The notes below the pieces were generated by a model. The model worked only from the letters and a program-made list of their open reading frames with translations, was not told the DNA's origin and ran no database searches. This document shows, piece by piece, positions 24,761 through 37,356 of a stretch of DNA of 64,000 nt. Each line of letters opens with the position of its first letter. Position 1 is the first letter of the stretch. Origin of the DNA: Squalus acanthias (taxonomy: Eukaryota); NCBI GenBank assembly GCA_030390025.1, contig CM059431.1, forward strand, positions 132,186,001 to 132,250,000, given 5' to 3'. The translations under genes were made by a program, and so were the position numbers.

Positions 24761-25467
24761 TCATCCCTTGCCTCTCCAATACACCAACAATCCCGCCCTC
24801 CTTATAACCACCATCCGACTGCCTTCCTGCAGTTTTGCCTCATGGCTCCTGTCCATATCTATCATGCATGTCCTAATATAGATCTTCCACATTTCAAGTT
24901 CAACGGTATCTGCTTGTTCCTGGTCTCCAGTTCATGTATGCCTTACTGGGTTTCTACGTTTATTTCCACCTGTTGAATCTTCTTCCCCGCAGTCTGTTCC
25001 ATCGTGATTCTGTTTCTTCTCTGTCATCACCTGTATAAATGACTTCCCTCAGCACCCATCTCTGAAACATAGCTACTCGATCAACTCCCTGATAGTTCAT
25101 TCACAAGGTCTAGAAAGAGCCTGGATCGTTCACTGACCTGTGGAAACTCACTTACTTACTCTAATACTATCCATTTGCCTTCAATAATCAACCCACTTAA
25201 CCCAGTCCTTGTAAATTTTGTACCTTACTTTCAAGTCATAATACTTTATTTAAGCTTATTGATCAGTAGGCAGCTCTCGCATCTTCTGGTCCATCTATTA
25301 AACATGGCGTTTTCTTTTGGAAACATCCCTCAGCAAACATCCCACACCTCATGACTTCAGTATTTTACTTCTCTCTTCTATTTCCCTTTAGATCTTAATT
25401 ATCTTACTCGCCCACTTTTGCTTTGGATTTACTGATGTGCCCCTATCTTCCCTTGTCCCTTCTATTT

Positions 25468-28400
25468 CATAGAATCATAGAATGGTTAAAGCACGGAAGA
25501 AGTCCATTCGGCCCGTCGAGCCCATGCCGGCTCTCTTCAAGAGCACTTCAGCTAGTCCCACACCCCGCCCTTTCCCCGTAGCCCTGCAAATTATTTTCTT
25601 TCAGGTACTTATCCAACTCCATTTTGAAAGCTGTGATTGAGTCTGCCTCTACCACCCTTTCATGCAGTGCATTCCAGATCCTAACCACTCGCTACATAAA
25701 GAAGTTTTTCTTATGTCGCCTTTGGTTCTTTTGCCAATCACCTTAAATCTGTGTCCTCTGGTTCTTGACCCTTCTGCCAATGGGAACAGTTTCTCTCTAT
25801 CTACTCTGTCCAGACCCCTCATGATTTTGAATACCTCTATCAAATCTCCTCTCGATCTTCTCAGCTCAAAGGAGAACAACCCCAGCTTCTCCAGTCTATC
25901 CACGTAGCTGAAGTCCCTCATCCCTGGAACCATTCTTGTAAATCTTTTCTGCACCCTCTCTAAGGCCTTCACATCCTTCATAAAGTGCGGTGCCCAGAAT
26001 TGGACACAATGCTCCAGTTGAGGCCAAATCAGTGTTTTATACAGGTTCATCATAATTTCCACTCTATACCTCTATTCATGAAGCTCAGGATCCCATAAGC
26101 TTTTTTTACCTGCTTTCTCAACATGCCCTGCCACCTTCAACGATTTGTGCACATATACCCCTAGGTCTCTGTGTTCATGCACCCCCTTTAGGATTGTACC
26201 CTTTAGCTTATATTTCGTCTCCTCATTCTTTCTACCAAAATGTATAACTTCGCATTTTCCTGCGTTAAATTTCATCTGCTACGTGTCCGCCCATTCCGCC
26301 AGTCTGTCCACGTCCTCTTGAAGTCTATCACTATCCTCCTCACTGTTCACTATACTTCCAAGTTTTGTGTCATCTGCAAATTTTGAAATTGTGCCCCTAC
26401 ACCAACATCCAAGTCATTAATATATATCAAGAAAAGCAGTGGTCCTAGAACCGACCCCTGGGGAACACCACTGTATACCTTCCTCCAGTCCAGAAAACAA
26501 CCATTCACCACTCTCTGTTTCCTGTCACTTAGCCAATTTCGTATCCATGCTGCCACTGTCCCTTTTATTCCATGGGCTTCACCTTTGCTGGCAAGCCTAT
26601 TATGTGGCACTTTGTCGAACGCCTTTTGGCAATCCATGTACACCACGTCAACCGCATTGCCCTCATCAACTCTTTCTGTTACCTCAGCAAAAATTCGATC
26701 AAGTTGGTTAAACACGATTTGCCTTTAACAAATCCGTGCTGGCTTTCCTTAATTAATCCACACTTGTCCCAAGTGACAGTTAATTTTGTCCCTGATTATT
26801 GTTTCTAAAAGCTTCCCAACTACCGAGGTTAAACTGACTGGCCTGTAGTTGCTGGGCTTATCTTTACACCCTTTTTTGAACAAGGGTGTAACATTTGCAA
26901 TTCTCCAGTCCTCTGACACCACCCCATTTCTGAGGATGATTGGAAGATTATGGCCAGTACCTCCGCGATTTCTTCCTTCACTTCCCTCAGCGTCCTAGGA
27001 TGCATCCCATCCAGTCCTGGTGACTTATCTACTTTAAGTACAGCCAGCCTTTCTAGTACCTCATCTTTATCAATTTTTATCTCATCCAGTATCTCCTCTA
27101 CCTCCTCCTTCACTGTGTCTATGGGAGCATCTTCTTCCTTGGTGATGACAGATGCAAAGTACTCATTTAGTACCTCAGCCATGCCCTCTGCCTCCATGCA
27201 TAGGTTTCCTTTTTGGTCCCTAATCGGCCCCACCCCTCCTCTTACTACCCGTTTACTATTTATATGCCTATAGAAGACTTTTGGATTACCTTTTATGTTG
27301 GCTGCCATTCTATTCTCACACCCTCTCTTTACCCCTCTTATTTTCTCTTTCACTTATTCTCTGAACTTTCTATATTTAGCCTGATTCTCAGATGTATTCT
27401 CGACCTGACATCTGTCATACGTGCTCTTTTTCTGATTCATCTTACTATCTATCTCTTTCGTCATCCAGGGAACTCTGACTTTAGTTGCCCTACCTTTCCC
27501 CCTCGTGGGAATGTACCTCGACTATGCCCAAACTATTTCCTCTTTCAAGGCAGCCCATTATTCCACTACAGTTTTGCCTGTCAATCTTTGATTACAATTT
27601 ACCTGGGCTAGATCTGTTCTCATCCCACTGAAATTGGCCTTCCTCCAATTAAGTATTTTTACTCTAGATTACTCCCTGTCCTTTTCCATAGCTAATCTGA
27701 ACCTTATGATACTATGATCACTGTTCCCTAAATGTTCACCTACTGACACTTGCTCCACTTGACCTACCTCATTCCCCCGAACCAGATCCAGCAATGCTTC
27801 CTTCCTCATTGGGCCGGAAACATGCTGATCAAGAAAGTTCTCCTGAACACACTTCAGAAATTCTTCCCCCTCCCTGCCCTTTACATTATTACTATCCCAG
27901 TTTATATTAGGATAGTTGTAGTCCCCCATTATTACTACTGTATAGTTCTTGCATCTCTGTAATTTCTCTGCAAATTTGTGCTTCCATATCTTTCCCACTA
28001 GTTGGTGGCCTATAGAATACACCTAGTAGTGTAATGGCACCTCTATTATTTCTTAACGCTAGCCATATACATTCTGTCCTTGACCCCTCCATGACATCCT
28101 CTCTCTCCAGCACTGTAACATTCTCCTTAACCAATACTGCCACACCACCTCCTATCTTTCCTTCCCTATCTTTCCTGAACACCCTATATCCAGGAATATT
28201 TAATACCCAATCCTGCCCTTTTTTGAGCCAGGTCTCCGTCATTGCCACGACATCATATTCCCATGTGGCTATTTGTTCCTGCAGCTCAACAAGCTTGTTT
28301 ACTATGCATCGTGCATTCACATACATACACTGTAAACCTATCTTAGACCATCCTGTGTTCTCTCTTAGTCTGACCCCACCTAATACCTTACTATTTCTTA

Positions 28401-28655
28401 CTGTAGTGCTATCCGTCTCTCCCAGTCCTTTGTGCCCATTGTTTAAGAACATAAGAACATAAGAAATAGGAGCAGGAGTAGGCCAATCGGCCCCTCGAGC
28501 CAGCTCCGCCATTCAATAAGATCATGTTTCTCCTTTGTAATGCTACATCCAGGTGCCCTGCCAACTTAGTTTAAACCCTCCCCAACAGCACCAGCAAACC
28601 TCCCCGCGAGGATATTGGTACCGGTTCTGTTGTGGTGCAACCCGTCTGGCCTTTA
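25468..28655 (-). mobile_element. CR1 LINE, near-complete ORF2 (EN+RT) in frameshifted pieces
   Basis: ORFs 27907-28512 (YVNAR, YDVVAMTETWL), 27669-28022 (MGDYN, SDH), 26829-27353, 26350-26715 and 25649-26062. Tail CATAGAATCATAGAAT at 25468. A second short CR1 tail is nested at 28446-28525. Confidence 0.92.
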
Positions 28656-28689
28656 CAGGAGGATGTTTGCAGTGCACTCAGACATTCGA

Positions 28690-29440
28690 TGGTGTGTTGC
28701 TATCTCCAACAAGAGAGAGTCTAACCACCTCCCCTTGACATTCAATGCATTACCATCACTTAATCCCCCACCATCAACATCCTGGAGTCAACAATGGCCA
28801 AAAACTTAACTGGACCATCACATAAATACTGTGGCTACAAGAGCAGGTCAGAGGTTGGGTATTCTGTGGCGAGTGACTCACCTCCTAATTCCCCAAAGCC
28901 TTTTCACCATCTACAAGGCGCAAGTCAGGAGTGTGATGGAATACTCTCCACTTGCCTGGATGAGTGCAGCTCCAACAACATTCAAGACGCTCGACACCAT
29001 CCAGGACAAAGCAGCCCGCTTGATTGGCACCCCATCCACCACCTTAAACATTCACTCCCTCCACCACCGGCGTTCCGTGGCTGCAGTGTGTACCATCTAC
29101 AAGATGCACTGCAGCAACTCGCCAAGGCTTCTTCGACAGCACCTCCCAAACCCACGACCTCTACCACCTAGAAGGACAAGGGCAGCAGACACATGGGAAC
29201 ACCACCACCTCCAAGTTCCCCTCCAAGTCACACACCATCCTGACTTGGAAATAAATTGCTGTTCCTTCATCATCACTGGGCCAGAGTCCTGGAACTCCCT
29301 CCCTAACAGCCCTGTGGGAGTACCTTCACCATACGGACTGCAGCGGTTCAAGAAGGCGGCTCACCACCACCTTCTCAAGGGCAATTAGAGATGGGCAATA
29401 AATGCTGCCCACATCCCAAGAATGAATATTAAAAAAAAAT
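28690..29440 (+). mobile_element. LINE family B, 5'-truncated 3' fragment
   Basis: ORF 28831-29388 is nearly identical to 37419-37976 (...HHHLLKGN). A-rich tail at 29431-29440. Confidence 0.88.
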
Positions 29441-29995
29441 CTGCTTCTGAGAAGTACCTGGTGTCTGCTGTTCTTCTAGTTAGTCCTCTAACCCGCACCT
29501 GTTTAACAACTAACTTGTGACAATTCTCCTGGGGGAGGTGCGGTAAGCAGGGTCTCTTTAGGATCAAGATGGTTCCCAAATGGCCTGCCGATGGAAATTT
29601 TACACTAAGTCAACCCTCTGTGACGGACTCGGTAATCCGATACCTGAACCTGGCACTCCAGGACAACGTTAATGATTGACCAGCCAAGTTGGCTCACTAA
29701 TGGAACCTGGACAGGCGGACCTATCACTGGGGTACAGCGATTCTTCCCACTCAACTCCAGATAAGACTGCAAGTGAATGCCCTAATGAGTAGGGTTGGTG
29801 CTTGCTGGACGAGCTGTGTGTACCCTATCAGTACATTGTTATGTAACTTGCCACAGTTTAGCTGGTTAAGCTCCAGCTGTACCCCTTGTGTACACATGGG
29901 GTCCCTAAGCATTAGCTTTGTCAACCTGCACCTAAGCTCGCTGGACTTTGGTTAAGTTTGTGTTTGTCCCTGTGGGGAGAGAGTGTACACTCAAT

Positions 29996-31777
29996 GGGCT
30001 GGATTTTTCCAACCTCGGCGGGTCCGTGGTGGGTGACATCCGTGGCGTGTGGGGACCTCACATCTGTCTGGATCCCGGCCTCCAACAAAATTTTACGTTA
30101 ATAGGACTTGTTAAGCCCGCCTTGCAAGGTTCCCGGCCAATTAATAGGAAGCGGGTCTGATGACGTCATTTGATGATGCGTCATCAGCCGGTTTCCTTAA
30201 AGGGGCCATGTCCAAATTGATCTTGACATTTGTGCTGTCAGTGTGCTACAGCATTGAGGTGCTGCAAACACTGACAAGCACTGCACAAAGGTGCACGGCT
30301 GCACCCAGGCTCTCCCATGACTCCCTCCATATGCTTATAGAGGGAGTCACAGCACGCAGGGAGATCATCTTCCCTTCCCATGGGCGGAAGACACCTCCCC
30401 AGGACACCAGTGCAGCCTGGTTGCACATTGCACAGGAGATACACAAGCAGGGATGTCGTCAGGAGGACCTGGCTGCAGTGGCCCAAACCTTTCAATGATC
30501 TCAGTAGAGCATGAAATTTTAGTACAAAGCCACACTCAACCTCATCCTGTTGTGCCACTCATCACATCCCCATCACTCTACCTTCCCTACCCTACTCCTA
30601 CACATCTTTACTCACACCAACTTACCTTGCACCTCCACCCATCCCTCTCTATCTACATTATCACTTCCCCATCTCACTAGCCACCCCACACACTCACCCT
30701 CATCCTAGTGCAATCATAACAACTAACAACACACATGGGTAGGCACTTGTGTGTTTTAGCCAATGTTCATGTGAAGTTTCTGTTAATGTGTTGTCAAGCA
30801 TTGAAATCCTTATTTTCACCACTTTGTGTTCTTGGACAGATTTTTGTGCACCTTTGAAAGTGTGTTAGTGAGTTGCAGTGAATGGTGAGACATAACGTTC
30901 CCCCCCGCGCCTCAATGGTGATGAGTGTGAAAGGAATGGCTTGGACATTGTTGGGATGCTTTATGGTGCTGGTGTGGGGTGGTGCCAACCTGGTGCATCA
31001 TGTGGCAGCCAGGGTGTTCAGTGTTAAGTGAAGCAAATCTGGACATGGTGAGACCATTGCTGGTGTCCCGGGCAGCAATGTTCACGGATGATGATGCCCT
31101 GTGTCCTGTGCAACATTAGTTGATTGCGGAGAAGGTTGGTGTGGATGTTGGTGCTGCTGGTGTGCCTGGTGCTGCTGATGTTGGGGCTGATCATTTTGGG
31201 ATTCTGAGGACCAAAGTGAGATTATTTCAAGGGCACCAATGCTGATGGAATAGATGGCAGGTGAGGTTGAGATGACAGAAGTAACCTGTCAATGTTGAGA
31301 TAGGTTGTTCCAAGGAGGTGACAATGGATAGAGAGAATACTCCAAGCACTTCAAAAGTGCATAAAGCTCAAAAGTAGGTTCCAAATACTGAAGGATGAAG
31401 CTTCTGAGATTGGAAACTGACCAGCTGTAAAATGGTAGCTTTTAAACCACTTTTGCAGCTGTCACCTATTGAAAGAATTGGAGAGTTGTTCAGAACCCGA
31501 CATACTTACCTGGCGTGATCCCCGAGCGACAGGAACCTCGTGGAAATCTTGGGAAAATGATTTGCACCTGGTAAAATGATGATTAAATTGCTTTAAACAC
31601 CCTCTTAACGAGCACAATTGCATGACCTGCCGCTTAGTGCCGGGTCTGCAAAGCGCAGGCAGAGCCGGCACTAGGGAAACTCACAAGGAGGCGGGTTTAG
31701 AGCGGGATACCGCCCCGCTATCAATCTTTTCGATTTTGACAGTGGACCCGCCTCTGAACGCCGGCAAAATTCAGCCC
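29996..31777 (+). mobile_element. Non-autonomous Harbinger derivative with a Myb/SANT-like remnant
   Basis: TIRs GGGCTGGATTTT and AAAATTCAGCCC with AAT TSD. About 30290-30510 translates AAPRLSHDSLHMLIEGVTARREIIFPSHGRK...AWLHIAQEI, resembling Harbinger Myb/SANT-like DNA-binding proteins. Confidence 0.8.
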
Positions 31778-32377
31778 AATATCAGACAAACAGAAATTCT
31801 ACAGGTGTAGATTTCTTAGTAGCTTGGTTTGGAAACACTTAAACATGGTGATGAGTTTCCATGTGTATCGGTTGACCAAAACAAATATTACATTCAAGGT
31901 TAGATTTTTAACTAGCTGAAAAATAAAGATGGCAGCTCAAACCAATTCCCTCAAATTGTTTCAGGAGGTTGATTGGTCAGTTTCTGTTCTTTCCCAGTTC
32001 AGAAAAATAATTCAGCAACTTGCTCAGCTTTGTGCTACTTACTACTTCCTTATTGGCACTTGCAGACTGAATCAAACTGCTTTTGATTCATGCTTTGTCA
32101 ATTGGTTATTTGATTGGTAACTTAACAGGGAAGTGCTCATTTCAGCCAATCACTAATTTTTACCCTACATATAGTTGAGGTTGGTCACTGTTGAGGTGTG
32201 ATCTTTGAAAGGTGCGATATAATGGATGTGCACTATACACAATTTCAAGATAAGTTGCACAACAACAAGGTGCAGCCAGAGACACTGGAGCACGCACAGC
32301 TGCCTTATAATTTTGACATTGGTGAGTGCCGGGAGCAAGAAACAAATTGTGTGCAATTATACTTTGGCACTTTTTTT

Positions 32378-35018
32378 TTCTTCCTTTCTGATGTCAAGGA
32401 TCGCAAGCTTCATCAACTCTTGAACACCAACGTCCCTCCGGAACCTTCTTCCCCTTCACTTTCCTCTGACCCCCCTTCTCCCAATCTCACCCCCTGCCGC
32501 GTTTTCACTATCCCCTCTGACCTTCCCCTCTCTGACCTTCCCCTCTCTGACCCCAAGGCCTGAGCTTCATCCCCTTACGCCCCCACCTCAATGAATTTCG
32601 AGCTCGGCACGATGCTGAGCTCTTTTTCCGCCGCCTTCGGCTCCGTGCCCACTTCTCTGGCCAGGAGCCTTCCCCCCGCACGGCTGACCCTTTCTCCCGC
32701 TTTCAGAATTCCCGTTCTACCTGGACCCCTCCCTCTGGCCTCTTACCCTCTCTAGATCTTTTCATTGCCAACTGCCGGCGTGACATCGGCCGTCTCAATT
32801 TCTCTGCTCCCCTCTCTCACTCCAACCTACCTCCCTCTGAACTTGCAGCACTCTATTCCCTCAGATCCAACCCCGACATTGTCATTAAACCTGCTGACAA
32901 GAGTGGTGCTGTTGTTGTTTGGCGTACCGACCTCTACCTAGTGGAAGCTGAACGCCAACTCTCCGACAACTCCTCCTACCTCCACCTGGACCATGACCCC
33001 ACTACTGAACATCAAACCACCATTTCCAAGACCGTCACTGACCTCATCTCCTCTGGAGATCTTCCCCCCACGGCCGCCAGCCTCATAGTTCCCCAACCCC
33101 GCACAGCCCGCTTCTACCTCCTTCCCAAGATCCACAAACAGGACTGCGCCGGTAGACCCATCGTTTCAGCCTGTTCTTGCCCCACGGAACTTATCTCTTC
33201 CTATCTCGACTCTATTTTTTCTCCCCTTGTCCAGTCTCTTCCCACCTACATCCGCGACTCTTCCGATGCCCTCCGCCATTTTAACAGTTTCCAGTTTCCC
33301 GGCCCCAACTGCCTCCTCTTCACTATGGACGTACAATCCCTCTACACCTCCATTCCCCACCAGGATGGCCTGAGGGCGCTCCGCTTCTTCCTTGAACAGA
33401 GGCCCAACCAGTGCCCATCCACCACCACCCTCCTCCGCATTGAACAACTTCTCCTTTGACTCCACCCATTTCCTCCAAATTAAAGGTGTTGCTATGGGTA
33501 CCCGCATGGGTCCTAGCTATGCCTGCCTTTTCGTGGGATATGTGGAACACTCTTTGTTCCAGTCCTACTCGGGTCCCCTCCCTCACCTCTTTGTCCGGTA
33601 CATTGATGACTGTATCGGTGCCATCTCCTGCTCTCGCCCTGAACTAGAACATTTCATTCACTATGCTTCCAATTTCCACCCTTCCCTCACCTTCACATGG
33701 TCCATCTCTGACTCTTCCCTTCCCTTCCTCGACTTCACCGTCTCCATCTCTGGGGATAGGTTATTGACTAACATTCACTACAAGCCCACTGACTCCCACA
33801 GCTACCTGGACTACACTTCCTCCCACCCCGCCTCCTGTAAGGACTCTAGTCCATTCTCCCAGTTTCTCCGTCTCCGCCGCATCTGCTCTGATGATGCCAC
33901 CTTCCATACCAGTGCTTCCGACATGTCTTCCTTTTTCCTCAACCAAGGATTCCCCTCTACCGTGGTCGACACGGCCCTCGACCATGTTCGTTCTATCTCC
34001 CGCACTTCTGCCCTCACCCCTGCCCCTCCCTCCCGGAACCACGATAGAGTTCCCCTTGTCCTCACCTTTCACCCCACCAGCCTCCACATTCAACGGATCA
34101 TCCTCCGCCATTTCCGCCACCTCCAGCGTGATCCCACCACCAAACACATCTTCCCCTCACCTCCCCTTTCAGCATTCCGCAGGGACCGCTCCCTCCGCGA
34201 CACCCTAGTCCACTCCTCTACCACCCCCAGCACCCCTTCCCCTTCGCCCGGCACCTTCCCGTGCAAGCGCAGGAGATGCAACACATGCCCTTATACCTCC
34301 CCTCTTCCCACTGTCCAGGGCCCCAAACACCCCTTCCAGGTGAAACAGCGATTTACTTGTACTTCCTGCAATTTAGTATACTGTATTCGCTGCTCACGAT
34401 GTGGTCTCCTCTACATTGGGGAGACAAAACGCAAATTGGGTGACCGCTTTGCGGAACACCTCCGTTCAGTCCGTAAGGGGGACCCGGAGCTCCCGGTCGC
34501 CTGTCACTTTAATTCACCGCTTCACTCCCACTCTGACCTCACCGTCCTCGGCCTATTACACTGTTCCACGGAAGCGCAGCGTAAGCTCGAGGAACAGCAC
34601 CTCATCTTTCGTTTAGGCACTTTACAGCCCTCTGGACTCAATATCGAGTTCAACAATTTTAGATCATAACCTTAGCCCCATCACATTTATATTTTATTTT
34701 CTCATCCACCCTTTTATTTGCCCCCCCCCCCCCATTTTTTTTTTCCTCCTAGAAGCTGGCAGCTGTCCTTCATTCTGCCATTGCATTTCACATTTCTTTC
34801 AGCCATAACCTGTCACATTTTCACCACCTTTTGCCTTGATATCTCTTAATGTCTCTTAATCACTCCTTTTGTTCTTTTATCCCCTCCCCCTTTTCCCAGC
34901 TTTATCCTGCTGTCTCCAGTTCTGATGAAAGGTCTTCGACCTGAAACGTTAACTCTGTTTCTCTCTCCACGGATGCTGCCTCGCCTGCTGAGTTTTTCCA
35001 GCGTTTTCTGTTATTTTT
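32378..35018 (+). mobile_element. Penelope-like retroelement (RT + GIY-YIG), copy 2
   Basis: ORFs 32941-33459 and 33392-34669, separated by a frameshift near 33435. Motifs LPKIHK, GVAMGT, RYIDD, CKRRRCNTC, LLYIGETKR..R..EH, PSGLN. Homologous to 8632-11330. Confidence 0.94.
34918..34954 (+). ncRNA. Minimal type-I hammerhead ribozyme in the Penelope 3' tail
   Basis: AGTT CTGATGA A AGGTC TTC GACCT GAAA CG TT AACT. Stem I AGTT/AACT, stem II AGGTC/GACCT, palindromic AACGTT stem III. Confidence 0.85.
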
Positions 35019-35396
35019 TATACTTTGGCACTAATAGTCTAGCCACAAATTTCCTATCGCCTAATGCATATTTGAGCCCCACCAGTTAATGTCATTACTT
35101 GTCATGCACGCTCACGAGCCTCAGCAATTAAGGTTATTATATGGCTAGTCCAATTCTGTGCTTTCAATCATAACGTGTTGTGGCGAGTTGTACATGCTAA
35201 AAATAATCGCATGATTACTGTCATACAATGTACTGTGTTCAAATGAATCACAGAGCTGTCAGCCTCGGGGAAAAGTTAGGAGTGATATTTATGATTAAAG
35301 AGAATGAGGTGGATCACCGACCCATTTAAAGCATAGAGCTGTAGCTTTTTATAAGAAGGAGAAATCTCAAAATAGGTAACATTTTTAAAACAAAAT

Positions 35397-36066
35397 GGGC
35401 TGGATTTTGATACTGGGGCGGGTTGGGGTCGTGTTATCCACTTTTCGTGTTATCCACCCGACTGCAATTGGATGTGGGAGATTGATGCAATTTTCACCTA
35501 ATTGGGCAATTGAGTTCCAGCATGTGGGAACCCATGAACCAATTAGTGTTTTCAGTCTGAAAGTCACCTCTGATGATGTCATCATTGCTGCTGCATTGAA
35601 GGTCTTCAGAGACTGCCTGGCCTTCGCTGTGAGAGGACCTGGATGCAAAATGAGCAGCAGCAGCCCTAAGTCTGCTCCCAGATATTTTTACACGAGAGAG
35701 AGAGAGAGAGAGACGAACATCTCCATTGTAATAGTGGACCTGCAGCTGATAGTCAGCTATCCAAATGTGCTCCTGCCAGGTTTCACAATCGTGGTTCAGA
35801 ACAGGCGTGCTTCACGTAGAACAAGGGGTAAAATCACAAAGGCCTTTCAAAATGGCATTATAGAGCCAATTTAGTGCTTGTTAAGGGCCTTAACAGCCTA
35901 TCCCGTCTCTTAGAGGCTGGACGGAGTCGGGATCAGCAGACACGATTTAATGAAAATTGCGTGGAGGCGGGATGGAGGCGGACTTGTGCCCGCCCGCCAG
36001 TTTTCGCAATTTTAACCCCCCACACGCCTCCAAACCCACCTCCACGGGTCAATGAAAATCCAGCCC
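35397..36066 (+). mobile_element. Harbinger-type MITE (family M1), copy 1
   Basis: Perfect 12-bp TIRs GGGCTGGATTTT/AAAATCCAGCCC with AAT TSD. Highly similar to 61130-61835. Confidence 0.9.
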
Positions 36067-36309
36067 AATGAGTGAGGGGGATTTAAACCCCAAAAAGGGT
36101 GGTTTTGAGTCAGGTGGGATGTTAATAATATGAAACCCAAAGCCAACCCATCTCGAACTCGCCCACTTCCGGTTTTAACAAAGGTGGGACGGGGTGCAGG
36201 CAACCAACCCACTCCCAGGAGACATGACGGTCATTTAAATATTTTAGTAAGGCTGTGTGCCTCAGAATTTACCTCCATTTTAAATTTTTCACTGGCCGGC
36301 CGGGTTTCA

Positions 36310-37118
36310 GATAACGGGACAGATAGCATCCTTTGTTAGCAAGATCGAGAGTCCCACATGGTATGTCGCCTACCTGGTGCCAGGGTAAGGGACATCTCGA
36401 ACCGGCTTGAAAGGATATTGGAGAGGGAGGGAGAGGATCCAGTCGTGTGGTCCATGTTGAGACCAACAATATAGGAAAGAGTAGGCAAGAGGTCCTGTTT
36501 GGAGAGTACCATGAGCTAGGATCTAGATTAAAGAACAGGACCTCAAGGGTTATAATCTCTGGATTATTAACCGAGCCATGTGCAAATTGGCATAGGGATA
36601 AGCAGATTAGGGAGGTGAACAAGTGGCTGAAGGAGTGACGTGGGAAAGAGGGGTTCTGTTTCATGGGACACTGGCACCAGTACTGGGACAGGAAGGAACT
36701 GTACCATTGGGAGGGGCTCCACCTGAACCGGGCTGGGACCAGCGTCCTAGCGGAAAGGATAAATATGGCAGTCACGAGGTATTTAAACTAGTAAATGTGG
36801 GGAGGGCTCAGGTGACAAATGTAGTATAAATAATAGTTCAAAAACAAAAAAGGGAAGAGAAGAGAGTAATAGTCAGAAATTGTGCTTTAGGCACTACAGG
36901 TAAAGGGAAAACTAAAAGATGTGAAGTGATTAAACCAGGAGAGAGAAATAAGAAATGTGTGAGTAAAACATTAGAGCCGAAGGACAGGTTAGGATGTGCG
37001 GCCCAAATAACTGTTCTTTATACAAACACACGGAGTATAAGGAATAAATTGAATTAATTGCAAGCGCAATTTCAACTTGGAGGGTATGACATGGTAGCTA
37101 TTACTGAGACATGGCTAT
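36310..37118 (+). mobile_element. CR1 ORF1 (SGNH esterase-like) remnant and ORF2 start
   Basis: VHVETNNIG...RTSRVIISGLL...VNKWLKE...EGLHLNRAGTSVLAERI, then YTNTRSIRNK...YDMVAITETWL. Confidence 0.8.
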
Positions 37119-37356
37119 GGCCTGGTGCTGAAGGCCTATCCACTCCCGACAACCAGTCAGCCTCTCAATCTGGCTGGCTGTGGCCGGGAAACACAAACAA
37201 AAAATGCTGAGGGAAACCTGTTCTTCCAGGGTTTCCCAACCGCAAAACTTCCGCCCCGCCTCCCCCCCTCCCCCCGCCCCCCCCCCCCCCCCCTCCCGCA
37301 GCCCAGCTCCCTCCCCGCCTTCCCGTAAATATCAGGGCCAGTGAGTATCATGAGTT

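Noticed and set aside
35395..35874. Multi-copy protein family (similar ORFs at 35395, 61325, 62288)
   Set aside because: These are translations of MITE M1 copies, and the frames are not preserved between copies.
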